Below are positions 36,778 to 49,696 of a DNA stretch of 64,000 nucleotides, in pieces. The notes beneath the pieces are model-generated. The model worked only from the letters and a program-made list of their open reading frames with translations. It ran no database searches and was not told the origin of the DNA. The stretch's first letter is position 1, and every line of letters begins with the position of its first letter. The DNA is from Lama guanicoe (taxonomy: Eukaryota), in the NCBI GenBank assembly GCA_013239625.1, contig MU053652.1, positions 5,571,902-5,635,901 of the forward strand, given 5' to 3'. The position numbers and the translations under genes are program-made.

Positions 36778-38498
36778 CCGGCAGAGGTGACTGGGCAGCC
36801 ACCTAACCTTCGCATCCATGCTCCCCAGGCCCCCTGCACCTGCTGCAGCTGGCCCTCTCCTCACCTGGCCTCCCCCCCGGACCACTGACCCACCTCGAGT
36901 GCAAAGTCTAGGCCTTGGGTTTCCCTTTATGTGTATGTTGGACTTCACTTCTGAGCCAGCTGTATTTTGCAAATGTTTAAAAAATTCTAGTAGGTAAATT
37001 TTGTCTCTGCTCAGACAATTCAGATACCTGTCAGGTCTAATCGAATTCAAATGACATTTATGAATAGTTCCTTTGTGCCAGGACCTGTGCTGGGTGCTGG
37101 TGGCATGAAGTCAATGAAGACCTTCAGGAGCCCAGTCTAGTAGGAGAAGGGACAGAAGTGGCTTGAGAAGTTTGAGGCTCCCCTTCATTCATTCTCACCA
37201 ACTGCAAATTGCCTGGCAGTCCTTGGTGTCCCAGTGAACTGCCCCTGCAGCCTCCACAGTGACTATTTCCAACCACACTGTCCCCACCTCCCGTCTTTCA
37301 ACAAATGACTTCCGATTACAACACAGAGAAATTGAAGATGTCTGCCCAGAACCATCTCAGTGCCCACCAAACCTTTAAACCAGCCTCTAGCCAAACCCAC
37401 ATTTACTCTTTCTCTCCTGTTTTGGTGGCACAAAGTGTCCCTCCCTAGAAAGTTCTAGCTGGGTTCTGGATTTGACCTTCTCTCCACGTTCTCTGCTACC
37501 TCTGCTACCAATATTTTAAAAGCAAATTTCTCTCTTCTCTACTGTATTTCTGACTGCTAGGGACACCAGATTTGGACTTGCACTAACTTTGCGTGGTGCC
37601 TGGATTCACTGTGACTTCTTGCCTGCAGAAGTACTTCTGATGGCCATGAAATATGCCTTTCCCGTGGACTATAAATAAAATGAGCCTCACACTTCATTAA
37701 TGAATTCTTCCTTTCAGTGTCCCAAGCGATCCAAATGCTAAAGATACAGTATTTCACAGCAGGTTGTGTGACCTTTTATGTAATATACCCTTTAAGTAAG
37801 TGGGTTACGGTCTTGTGATTAATGTGACCTCATGTTCGCATTGAGAAAACAGGAGGTGCGAAACTCCTTAAGAAACCTGAGAGATTTAGTAGGTTTTTGT
37901 AATTCATGCTAATAAGACTGACTGATTTGTTATTCTACAAACGGAATGCCTATAATTTAATTTTGACTGACAAATGGTTTCAAATGGTTAAGAACGTAAG
38001 TATCATACAGCATTTGAACTCTAGCTCTATAAAACTTGTCTGAAAAATAATTTTATTCATGGTTTTCCTCTTTGGAACATTCCTTCAGGGATCTTTTTAA
38101 TTGTTTTCTCTGAGTGTCATCAGCTGTGCTTCCATTTGAAAGAAATGATTTCTGTCTCATAATACCTACGTTCATTTATGAAAAGAACTCAAAAACAGAC
38201 TTGTGAATGGAGGAGTCACCCAAGGACACTGGAGGCTGGCCTTCCCCTGGGATCAGTTGTTGATTACTGTGGAGTCTGAATGGGGAGATAAACTGAAGTC
38301 AGATTAGACAGTACGTGATCCTTGTGGAACTTACAATCTAGCTCAAGTGTCTTTGAAAACACAATGATGTTGTTAAGGAGGCTGGTGGATTATTTCCTTT
38401 GTTCTAGGTACTCAGTCATGATCATTTCTTGATTTCAGGGTAAACTGTACCCAGTGTTGTCTCCTTACTTTGCTGCCTTCACCCTCTCTTTTTTTTGC

Positions 38499-38541
38499 TC
38501 ATCATCATCATCATTATCACCATCACCACCGTCATCATCAT
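38499..38541 (+). repeat. (CAT/CAC)n trinucleotide repeat
   Basis: catcatcatcattatcaccatcaccaccgtcatcatcat, next to a minus-strand MIR. Confidence 0.85.
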
Positions 38542-39153
38542 CTTTGTCAGAATTTGAATTTCTATGCTGTGCCTTTACCTCCTTTGTCTCTTACCCTTAG
38601 ACCAGACCTGCCAGATGAGTTTTATGCTGATTTAATAAATGACAGAAACTTGGTTCACAGAGAAGTTTGATTAACTTTTCAAGTCTACTCAGTAAGTGGT
38701 AAAACCCACGTGGGAACTTGGGCCTGAAAGACTTAAACTATCCACTCTGTTCCCCTCCTATTGCATCTGCGTGTCCCGCAAGTCTTCCCTGTTCTTGTAG
38801 TTTCTGCACTTTATTTGTTCACCCTCTCCCTAAGGTGATGAGAGGTAGAGGAGAGTTAGCAGTTTCCCTGTTTTGAAGATTAAAAATAAACATGAAAATT
38901 CAATAATTAGCAAGCGAGAAGTAGTAAGAGTAATTTAAAAGTGGCCTAGGAACATCTGATATTAAAACTTTTTTTGATCTGCAGAATTAAAAGGCTTTGG
39001 AATGCAAATGAGAAACCGGTAAAGATTCAGAATATAAAATGCAATTTACAAGTAATACTGCTGAGAGAAGGAAAGGGTAGCGTCTAACTTTCTAAAGACC
39101 CCTCAAGGTCCACACTACCCTGTCTTCAGGTTTGTCATCATAAACTACATGGA

Positions 39154-39298
39154 GGGGGAGGGTGTAGCTCAGTGGTAGAGCACATGCCTAACATGCATCA
39201 GGTCCTGGGTTCAATCCCCGGTACCTCCATTAAAAAAAAGTAAATAAGTAAATAAACTTAATTATCTCCTACCTCCAAAAAAAAAAACAACCCAAAAA
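39154..39298 (+). mobile_element. tRNA-derived SINE (camelid vic-1-like) with TSD
   Basis: A box TAGCTCAGTGG (39165-39175), B box GGTTCAATCCC (39208-39218), A-rich tail; TSD ATAAACTACATGGA (39140-39153) / ATAAACTAAATGGA (39299-39312). Confidence 0.9.
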
Positions 39299-40309
39299 AT
39301 AAACTAAATGGAAGCAGCATTTCCCCCTTTGTGCTTTGTATACCTTTTATCACACTGAAGAGTCTTTTCTCTGAGATTCTCTATAAATACACAAGCTCAA
39401 TGGTTGATAAGTCTCTGTGTATTTCTTAAAAGCCCAACAGAGAGCTGTAAACTCAGAAAGTCAAGGAATATGGGGTGACACTGATGATGAAGGGCAGAAA
39501 TTGCAGTGTGACCAAACACCTTTCAGAAAATCACCTGATGGATTTACTGTTAAAAATGTTGTCGATGACTCCTTACTGTGATGTGGGTTTTCACAACCAT
39601 CCCAACCTGGGTTTTGGGGTGTTTTTTCTTTTATGACACAAACAGATCCTTGGAAGAGATGTCAATTCTCACCAGGGTGCTGTGAGTGGGGACTTTCCTG
39701 GTCTATATACTCAGGGGTAACCATGTCCCTGGGGTGACTGAGTTTATCGTACAAGTGTGTAAGATGTAATTTTCTCTAGAGAGGCCAGGGCTGGAGAAGG
39801 GTCTGGTGTAGCACAGACTCTGAGGACTGAGATCGACCCCCAGGCCTGGCTGGGAGACCTGAAGAGTGCAGATTCTCCAGTCCTGCCCTAGTGAGAGCTC
39901 ACCTCCCACAAAGTCCTTCTGTACCAAGGGCCCAGGTGGCCGTATACCTTACTTAGTCATGCCAGCCATATGCCATTCCCCAAGGAAGGGAAGTGCTTCA
40001 TTTTTGCTAAAACCTGGTGTTCATTGTAACATACAGCACATTCCAAAAGGGGAAAAAAAAATACCTTGTTCAGACAGCATTTCATAATGCCAGCCTCCTA
40101 GGCTCCCTGAGATGGCCATCTTGTTTTGGGGATACATCAGTGGGCAGTAATATCCGAACGGCTTCTTCAATTCCAGACTTTATGAAGTCAACCCAAGGGT
40201 TAATTGAGAATGACTGAGTCCACACTATGTAGTGAACACCATGTGCTCTTTGCTCACCTTGAATGGAAGGAGGCTGTAGAGCACACATATTGAATTATCT
40301 TGTCTGGTT

Positions 40310-40500
40310 GGGGGCCAGATTGGTTTTAAGTCCTGTGATGTCACATTCTGTAGTGTTTCTTGGGTGAATTTTACAATCTTTCTGGTTTTTCAGTTACCCA
40401 ATCTGTGAAATGGGATAATAACATTTATTGTCTATTATATTTGTGGTTGCATGAGGTAATGTAGGTAGAGGGCTTAGTCCAGCTCCTGGAACGCTAACAC
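40310..40500 (+). mobile_element. MIR
   Basis: cagttacccaatctgtgaaatgggataataac. Confidence 0.6.
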
Positions 40501-40977
40501 TAGGCACAGATGGGCCTGTGGGGCTGTGATTTAAATGTCCAGTTTTCCCCCATTAAGACTTGGGACAGTCTGCACCTTTGGCTTCTTTTGTGGGCTGGTT
40601 GTGATGACCCTCAGCCTCTGCTGTGTATCCATGTGCTCCTGTTCTGTGGTCTGAGGACACTCCTTAGTCTCAGGGACCTGCCTACCTCTGTGATCCCTGC
40701 TATTGTAATGTTTTCAGCATTAAGTACCAATTCTTCCTCAGCTGTTTCCCAGGAGGTGATTTGTTCTTTCTAATCTGAGTCCTATGTTCTAGATCTGCCT
40801 TCTTTCCTATTTCACTGAGGCAGTGAGAAGAGGATTTTAAACTCCTTTGGTAGAAAAGTTGCTTCCTAATTGGGAGGTTTGACTGGGCAAAATTAGAGAC
40901 CCTTGAATTGACTGTGCTGTTACAGCCATTCAAGAGAGATTCTTTGTAGGTGATTTCATGCCTGGTGTGGGGAAAGT

Positions 40978-41134
40978 TAGTGCTTCTCAAAGTTTATTGT
41001 GTGTACAAATCACTCGAGGAATCTTGTTAAAATGCAGGTTTGGATGTGGTGGCTCTGGGGTGGGGCCTGAGACTCTGCATCTCCAGGGAGTTTCCAGGTG
41101 ATGCTGGTTCACGGACCATACTTTAAGTTTCAAG
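40978..41134 (+). mobile_element. hAT-Charlie MER5A-like
   Basis: agtgcttctcaaagttta...atcttgttaaaatgcagg...ctggggtggggcctgagactctgcat...ccaggtgatgctggt...gaccatacttt. Confidence 0.85.
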
Positions 41135-42867
41135 TGGGAGGGGCCACATTAATGTATTGAACATTTGCGTTCCAAGATGCACAAGAGTAGACACATTATT
41201 TCTTAAGGCAACAGAGCTCTCTGTGCTCCTCTGCACTAATTTTCTTTTACTTGACCACTTCTTCAAGCTGCATTTGGAGCACCAATAATATAAAGCTCTG
41301 ACATTCTTTCTCTAAGTAAATAACGTGAAAGTATATGCTAAAGACCTGACACATGTGTGTAAGGGTTCAGGCATTACTGGTAAAAGGAGAAGACAGTAAA
41401 ACTGGATTCAAGGAGTTAATTCAGAGAGGCTTCTACGAAGAGGTGTTTTGAGCCCAGCTTGAAAGATACAGCAAACGTGGACTGAAGGATATTGGAAATA
41501 TGCTGTCGGTGCATTTGCAAGGTGCATCCTTATTCTCTGTGCTTCTGCTAGGATGCTGCTGCTTCTAGCTTTGCCTGGTAGGGGCTGGGGGTCCTTCAGA
41601 CCTCTTGGGAAACAGTGATTGGCTCTCTCTGAGGTTTCCTGTGGGTGGTCCAATTTTCATTCATTGGTCCATCCATTTGTACATTCAGTTCTGTCGAACT
41701 GAGTGCCTAGTATCTTTGTGCCTCATGCTAAGGTTGTGCCAATTGCATTGTGCTAATAGCAACAATGACAACTGCATTCTAAAAAAAACAGTATCTAACC
41801 AAGAGACAGATGCCTGCCTGAGACTTTACATTCCAGGTAGACAATGGTATTAGGTGATTAGTTTCTGTTCTCTTTTCTTTTCCCAAGGCGAACTCCTTTT
41901 TAAGCTGGAGATCCTTTAGAGTTGAAGAGCAGCCAGGGGCCTTCTTTAAGGCTCTGGAAGTTTCTCTCAGGAGATGTGGGGACTGCAAAGGTGGGATGGG
42001 ATAGAGAGTTACCGCACAATGAGAGACTCCAAAATTATAAGGGGATTTTTGAGCAATTGGAGGTGAAGAGAGGGATGTTTTTGAAAGGAGGGGGTTCCTA
42101 GCCTTAGCTCTGTTCTGTTGGAATTGATACTTCTCTTTGGTGAAATATCTGATCTGAGTAATTGCATTAGAATTAGAATATTCAGTTCTGATCCTGTTGA
42201 TGGAAGAATAGGGATATGAAGGAGGTCTTTTGTCCTGATAGTCATATCTCTTCAGAATTCTCAGCTGGGAAGGGACACTTGCATTTCCCAAAGCTGGAAT
42301 TTGTTCTCCTTGCCCTCCCCTCTCTTGGCCTCTCAGCCTGTGGGCATCGCTGTCCCCTTATTCTTCTCCACCCTGAGCCATGAGGACCTACTTCTTTACT
42401 GAGGTTCACTTTTATACCTGGGAGCAGTTGCCTCTTCAAGCCATAGCTCTGGAAACTGTCTTCTCTTCCAGGAAGTCTGCCGCAGGAAACCAGCGCGTCT
42501 GGGCTAGACCCCAAGTGTCTCCCTTGGAGACAGGGTGCCCCCAAGCGGCAGCTCATTGTCCTCTGAGACCTATTTATTACTCACAATTAAAAAACAATTA
42601 AAGCAGAGTGGATTAAACAGTAGATCAATAACTTCTAAGCTCCAGATATGACTTACTGAATACACAGCAATTGTCTCCTGGGCATGCTCGCTTGGTGCTG
42701 GCTACAGACCCATCCTAGGACCCTCCCAGGGCCCCAGAGAAGCCCAGAGCATTGTCCACCATCAGATTTCTCCTCTTTTTTTTTTTTGTCAGAACTCATC
42801 TTATACCAGAGACTAAGAAAATGTTTCTCAAGGTGTATTTACTTTAGAGGTACCACTTTTTTAAAAG

Positions 42868-43032
42868 TAGTGTTGCCAGATAAAATATACAAAACCCAGT
42901 TAAATTTGAATTTCAGATAAATAATGAAAATCTTTTAGTCTAAGCATGTTCCAAGCAATAGGGGACCACAAAACCAAAAAATAATTAATTAATGAACTAA
43001 TTAATTAATGAGTGCTCAATCTGGCAGCCCTG
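42868..43032 (+). mobile_element. hAT MITE, MER53-like
   Basis: TIRs tagtgttgccagat / atctggcagccctg; cccagttaaatttgaatttcagataaa. Confidence 0.8.
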
Positions 43033-44649
43033 AGAGCAGGGCTTATTTGGTTTTCCTGACAAATCACTGCAGGTTAATGCCTTAGGTATCATTCACCACA
43101 CTGTCACTCCACTCTGCTTCAAAGTGTTGAATGGCCCATATTTATTTTCAAAAACAAAATGAGTTACACCTAATTTTGCCTTGAGAAATTAGTAGTGCCA
43201 CTTGGCACAACTGGCAACCCCTAGTGTGTTGCAAAATCAGGAACAGGTTTTACTGATTTATGGCAATATGAAAACTGGATATCATGGCATTGGGTTGCTA
43301 AGCTTGGCAAAATGGCTTATCTGGATTTAATAACCAAGCATGGCTCTTTAACTGTAGAATTCAGCCTTGAGGTACTTTAGTGCTATGTTTTAGCACAAGA
43401 CATAAACCAGTGCCTTGAAAGACGTAATTCTTATACAGCTACACTATTGCCACATGAAGAGAACAAGGTTGATAACACTGAGAAAATTTACTTGGAAACT
43501 TATTTATGGCTGTGACATTATGACCATATAAGTACACAAAAGGGAAACGTTTTTGATCATGGGTAGTTTGAGGTCACTGTTTTTGCAAGGAGAAATATTT
43601 CAGTCAGATTTAACAATAATTTCCACCAGGCTATTTACAGTTGAGAAAATTAATTAAAGTATCATCTGTTTAATTATTGTTTGTTACCCTTAATTAAAAT
43701 GTTAATTGAGTACATTTGTATGTGCAACATATTCATTGTGTTGACTTTTTGACAAAGGCAATGCCAGTGTTTTCTACCTTCTACAATCAGATGTTTAGTT
43801 GTTTGCTTATCTAAAATATTTTGGAAAAGAAGAGATGAATATATTTAAGCAACACAGGAGCGTAGATTGAAAGATCATTTTTTCTACTAGGGCTGTAGAT
43901 AGCAGATCTGTAAGAAATCAGCACGTTAGTCAGCAGGAAGGAAATCTACCAGAAGTATGCATTTTGGTCTTGTATTTGCAAATGAGAAAAAGGGACGAAA
44001 ATTAATCAGCTGTAAAATGTCCGTTCAGAATGACATTTGTAAGTAAAGAAATTGATTATGAGGAGATGCACTTTAAACGTGTTCTTGCCTCACCAACAGA
44101 ACAGGCTAAAGGATAATGAGGACCTTTATATTCTTTGATATTGATGTACACTTGACCTTTTCACTTGACAAACATTTGAGACAGTTGTTAAAAACAGCAT
44201 ATAGACCTCTGCTGCAACATTGCTTCGGAATTTTTTTTGACATTGGTTATGAGAAGAATTTCTCTTTTTCATGCAAACTTATGGTACTGACCTCTGTTCA
44301 GTAAATAAACATGCTGGTGGTGTTTTGCACGGCAAAGATATCGCGTACATCAGCATAAAAACAAAGTGGTTCCTTTTCAAATACTTTATGAAGTGTAATG
44401 CTTTCCAAAAACAGCATCAGTTAGGCAATACCATCCACTGTTCACCTTTCAGCAGCCCAAGCAATTGGAGAATGAAGGGACAGAAGATGGAACAGACATA
44501 ATTCTCTGTCTTTATGGAGCTTCAAGTGTAAAGATTTCTTTCCTCCATCATCCAGAACTTACTGTTTTGTTTCTCTTCCTCATAAAATCTGAGACTTTAA
44601 TACTTAGTGGAATGAGATGAGCTAGTGCTTCTTAGGAAGTGATAATTGT

Positions 44650-44880
44650 AAGAGTAACAAATACATAGTGTTTACTCTGTGCCCACTCTGTTCTAAGTGG
44701 ATTGCTTATTAATATCTCATTTAATCCTCCAAACAATTCCCCAGGTAAGTACCATCATTATTCTCATTTTACAGATGAGGAAACAGGCATGGCTTTCCCC
44801 AGGCTGTCTGGCTGTACATAAGCTGTATGTAAGTGTGGGGCTGGGACCTGAGACCACACATTCTGGATACAGTCTGTCCT
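44650..44880 (-). mobile_element. MIR
   Basis: ctcatttaatcctccaaacaa...attctcattttacagatgaggaaacaggc. Confidence 0.8.
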
Positions 44881-45214
44881 CTTTCCTCCCACCAACCTTA
44901 GGGATTTTTAAGGGAGTTAGTGCAAGAAGTATCACAACGTTTGGAGCAACCACATATTTAAACCTGTTGCAGCAAAGGAGGGAAAAAGTACTTGGGTTGA
45001 CACTTCACTTCTAAACCTAGTGGTTTGTTAATTTATAGATTTGATTAATGATTATGAAAATATGAAAGAATGATTAAGAGCAAACAAGGGGAAGCAGAGG
45101 CTTGTAGAGTAAGTTTTCTGAGCAGATTGTATAATTTTTTTCATACATCATGAACATTCTGCCCTTAACAGGGATGCAGTGAGTAATTCTGTGGAGCTAC
45201 ATGGCATTTGTTAA

Positions 45215-45400
45215 AATTTCAGCTCTGCCACTTACTAGTTGAATGATCATGGACAGGTTACTTAACTTCTAGACGTTTTAACATCTCTTACAGAAGACAG
45301 ATAATAATTCCTCCCTCCCAGGACCCTTGTGAAGATGGAAGACAAAACATAGCACAATGTTGGGCTCAACCTAGAGACCCACTAAATGTGAGCTACTGCT
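45215..45400 (+). mobile_element. MIR
   Basis: cagctctgccacttactagttgaatgatcatggacaggttacttaac. Confidence 0.7.
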
Positions 45401-45919
45401 GCTTCAAATTAAATAAGCAAATCGTTATGTTGAGAAGTATCAAACTGGACCTTAGTTAATACCTATTAGGATGTTTCTGAAGAGACTTAGGGAGAATATA
45501 TGGAGATATATTGTGTAACAGGCCTAAGAGAATTGGCTATCACAATTTCTATGGTTTGCCTGTTACAAGCAATGAATATTTATTAAAAATTAAAATGGAA
45601 CTTCCCCCTCTGTTACACTGCTAGGGAGTACCTGCCAAGAGCTGCTTCATTTTGCTGGTTTCCTTCCCTTTCAACAGGCTTATCTATTAGAACTGTGGGA
45701 AAGAGACACAATTAAAGGGGAAGAGGGTAAAACAGAGCTAAGAGAGGATGGCTTCAAGAGGACAGGTTGGACCTTGAAGGTGGACTCGGAAGGGGGGATG
45801 GGGAAAGACTTGAGCTGTCCTTTCCACTTCACCCGTGTCTGGGGCTTCCCAATGTGGCAGGGTGGGTCTGTCTTGAAGGAGTAGTGGAGAGGATGCTTGG
45901 GCACTTCTGTATTATATAG

Positions 45920-46328
45920 ATAGTGTCTTTAAAACTTAAAAAAAGTCTACGACTTACACTGAGAAATACATTTTACATCTATCTAGTCTACATACGCATC
46001 GTAAGAATTTTTAAGCATATGCTCATCACAGGAATTTTTGTCTGTCGTAAGTCATTCGTGCATCTGTCTAGAAAAGTACCTGGCACATGGTAGGTGCTCA
46101 ATAATAGTTATTAAATCTCTCTACCTATCTAGGAAAAAAGTTTCACGAAACATTCTTAGCCTTACTATTTGCTTGCAATGCATTCTGAAAATTTCTACTT
46201 CATTTCTAAAAAGAAAAAAAATGCAGTCAAGACCTATTAATTAATTTCAGTGCATTCACTGGGGAGAGAGCCTTAATAGGTCATTCTTTCCAGTCCTCTG
46301 GGTTATGATCTGCAATTGGAAAAACACT
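45920..46328 (+). mobile_element. hAT-Charlie-type remnant interrupted by an L2 fragment
   Basis: gagaaatacattttacatc...gacctattaattaatttca...ctgcaattggaaaaacact; L2 piece agtacctggcacatggtaggtgctcaataa at ~46075-46105. Confidence 0.45.
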
Positions 46329-48043
46329 TCTTGTCACTGGGAGCAGTTGGCTTTGTGTGTAAATCGGCTTGTGTCATTGAGACTTATCTTTCTTGCTGTC
46401 ACAGCGCCTTCATTTAGCTCGTGGGTTTCCCCAGTCCATGCACTGGCTTAGGTACTTGCCCTAAGCAAGCTGAGCGCTGGTAGAATCAGCCAAGTAGGAT
46501 TGGGGGTTCTGGCCCAGCTGCTGGGAAGTTCTGAAAGTATTTGCTGCACTCTAATGGGTCCTCATGTAGTTTTTAACTGTGGGTAGTGCTGTCACCTAGC
46601 CAGGGTCTGTGCCTGATTAGAATGGTTTGGAAGCATCTCTCTGTAAAGTCAGAAGATTGGAAGGTAGGACCCATTAGGGTTCCCTCCACAATGAGCACCT
46701 TTTTAGCCCAAGCAGATACTTAATTAAAATTAATTACCGGGGGGGGGGAGGAATTTGACACTTTTAAAGTCTTTTTATTTTTATTTCTGATTTCTTTCTA
46801 TTTGTACTTAAATTTTATACTTGTAGTTATGAAGAAGGAGAGAGACGAGGTAAAGAAATTGATGCAATGAAGCGTTTGGATAGGAGTGAGAATTGCAAAA
46901 GTCTTTGCTTTCCTGAGAAAACATGTGAAAGTAAAAAGGATAATGTTCCCTAAACGTTACGTCCATTGTGAACAAGCGCTGGAGATCCTCTGTTGGTTTC
47001 CCAATCTTCACCTGTTTTTAGATGATCTAACTAGAAAAGCAATAGTCTAGCTTGAGGTTTAACTAAAATATGAGTAAGCTATCTAGAAGAGCTAACTGAA
47101 TATTAATTCCAGTAACCAGTCTAGGTCTGAGTGCCATAGCCTAGCTAGGGAGACAACGATATTATGAGCGAAGACCTGGATCTGGAACCCCACCCCCCGC
47201 CCCACCAACCAATCACAAGGGTGGGATGGGCAATAGGGAGGGGGCAGGGTTATAGAATGAGACTAGCAGACTGAGGATGGCATTCAGAAAGTTGGGGAAA
47301 TTGCACATGGTAGCAGCCTAATACAGTCATTGGCATCTTATAGGTGTAACAAGGTCTTATGAGCATGTATTGGTGGGTCATGGAAGCTCAATGATGGCCA
47401 ACTCCGAAGCAGGTGATATTTGGAATTCCAAGGAGCAGACAGAATACTATTAGGCTAACAATTCCATTGGCATGCAGAGAGTCACAAATTCTGATTCATG
47501 ACTGTAAGAATAATTCAGGTCCTGATTCTAGAGGATCATGGCATCATGAGATCAATTATAAAAGTATAAGACAGAGCTTAAATTGTCAACAAACAAAGTG
47601 GGGACTTTGTTTCCAGGTCAAGGCACATGCCTAGCTTTCAAAACTGGGTCACCAAGATGTGGCTTAATGACCAACAGTGGGAGTAATAGGACAGTGATTA
47701 TGAGAACATTAGGCTATGTCCTTCCTTGCCAAATCAAGATCACTCCTTGAGAGACAACATTGGAGGTGTGGCTAAAGCTAGGTGGAGTTCAAAGATCCCA
47801 AGTGTCTGGAAAAGGAAGAGGAAGAGACGGAAACCAGGCAGGGTCTGGCACTTCAGCCAAGGGCATTTTAATACAATTAGCAACACCAGAATCAGAAAGG
47901 CAGGGCACTTGATGTCTGAATAATCATCAGTGAACCACAGATACTCACAGTTACCTGGGATATGAAGTATCTTTTAAATAGTTGCATTGTAGTACAGAAG
48001 TATTACACTTGCCTCTTAAAGACTGTGGTACGGGCGGATAGAT

Positions 48044-48258
48044 CAGTGGCTCTTAGCTAGGGGTGATTTGCTCTCTAGGGAGATTTGGCAATGGCTGGAG
48101 ATATTTTTTGGCTGTCATGACTTGGGGAGGAAGTTTTGCTGGCATCTAATGAGTAGAGGCCAGGGATGCTGCTAAACTTCCTACTATGCACAGGACAACC
48201 CTTCTCAACAAAGAATTATCCAGTCCAAAATGTCAATAGCACAGACTAAGAAAACCTG
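48044..48258 (+). mobile_element. hAT-Charlie MER20
   Basis: cagtggctctt...atttggcaatggctggagatatttt...ctggcatctaatgagtagaggccagggatgctgctaaac...aagaattatccagtccaaaatgtcaatag. Confidence 0.92.
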
Positions 48259-48934
48259 AAATGGAGTAGGATTGCTACTACATTGTCTTGATTGGATATT
48301 GAATTCATATGAGCAATGGAATATATTTTTCAGTGTACATAAATTAGTTCTCCCTTTGTGGTTGGCAAACTATGACTCTACCAGGGAGTAAGTATGAGTA
48401 GAATTATATTATTGCCCTCAAAGGGCAGAGCCACCCAACCAGCAAGCAGTGTGCGGCCAACCTAGATAGCATTTGGACATTTCTTTGGGGGCCTGTGAGG
48501 GAATCTGCTCTTCCAGCGTGAGTGGCCAGCTGTCCCCACCTGTGGGTTGGCTTTTATGGGCTTTTGCGTAGTATGTTTATAAAGGTCACTTGACCTTGCC
48601 AGCCACTGTGACGTCTGCCCTCTTTCTAACATCTGATGGAAAGAGCCTAAAGTTAAGGACGTGTCTTTCTTTTTTCCCCCACGAACTTCTGCCCACTGGC
48701 CCCATGTTGATCTACTCTGACACAGGGCTTTCCACGGGCTACAGAGATTCAGTGCAGATGAGGGAAGAGAATAGTGAGGAAACGCTTGCAGTGGAGGGTG
48801 CTGATGAGGGGTTGGTAATTATCTTGTGACTGTCTGTTAAATTTAAAACAAGCAGCGGATTCCAGAGCTGACACTTAAATCCATTGTTCTGGAGTGAGTA
48901 TATATTGCTTGGGGTCACACACACCTAAATTGTG

Positions 48935-49110
48935 GGGTCTCAGCTCTGCCACTTAAGATCTCTAAAACCTTGGGCAGGTTGCTTAACATCTCTGTGCCTC
49001 AGTTTCTTTAGCTGTGAAATGGGAATATTGTTGTGAGGATTAAACCATCTGTGTGGCTCATTTGACAGAGTGCCTATGTCAGTAAGGACAAACTAGATGT
49101 TGCTCTTGTC
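48935..49110 (+). mobile_element. MIR
   Basis: ccttgggcaggttgcttaacatctctgtgcctcagtttc...gtgaggattaaa. Confidence 0.8.
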
Positions 49111-49549
49111 ATCATCACTGTTATTGTTAATTACACCGAACCATCCATACACTGCATTCTGATTTCCTCCTTGTTAGAGAGTGTTAGAGAGTAGAGTTTC
49201 AGGTAGGTGGGGCTGTTGGATACTCTTCAGTCCTTTCCCCACTAAAGACAAATGTTTTGCGTTTTTCCTTTGGGTTTCCCCTTCAGATTGCCTTGGTTGT
49301 GTGTGGATGTGTATGCTACACATAAAATTTAAAACATTTTAGTGAGGCAGTTCAAATTCCAAGAAACAAATGCTGTATTCACCCAAACATCAGTAATTAT
49401 GAAACAGAAATGTGACTTCTGCCAGAGTTGTGCTTAAACAGTAAATCATTCGAATCCTGGTCAGATGATTGTGAGTCTTCAGCATGTTTATAAAAATGAA
49501 AAGCCATGAAGAAAATCTGCCAGGCTGGGCTCTGTACTGAAGGGCTGGG

Positions 49550-49675
49550 GCAGGTGTTTTCAACCTGGGGAGCACATCAAGATCACCCAGAGGGCTTGTA
49601 AAAACACCGGTTTTGGGCCCCTGCAGGGAACATGAAGTTTCTGCAGGTTGCCTACTGATTTGATGCTCTAGTGGA
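49550..49675 (+). mobile_element. MER5-like hAT fragment
   Basis: caacctggggagcacatcaagatcacccagagggcttgtaaaaacac. Confidence 0.6.
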
Positions 49676-49696
49676 TGCAGAGAGTAGGAGATAGCC

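Noticed and set aside
38470..38670. Poly-His ORF
   Set aside because: Translation of a (CAT)n microsatellite next to a MIR.
39154..39228. tRNA gene
   Set aside because: It has A/B boxes but also an A-rich tail, a TSD and a second diverged copy in the window, so it is a SINE.
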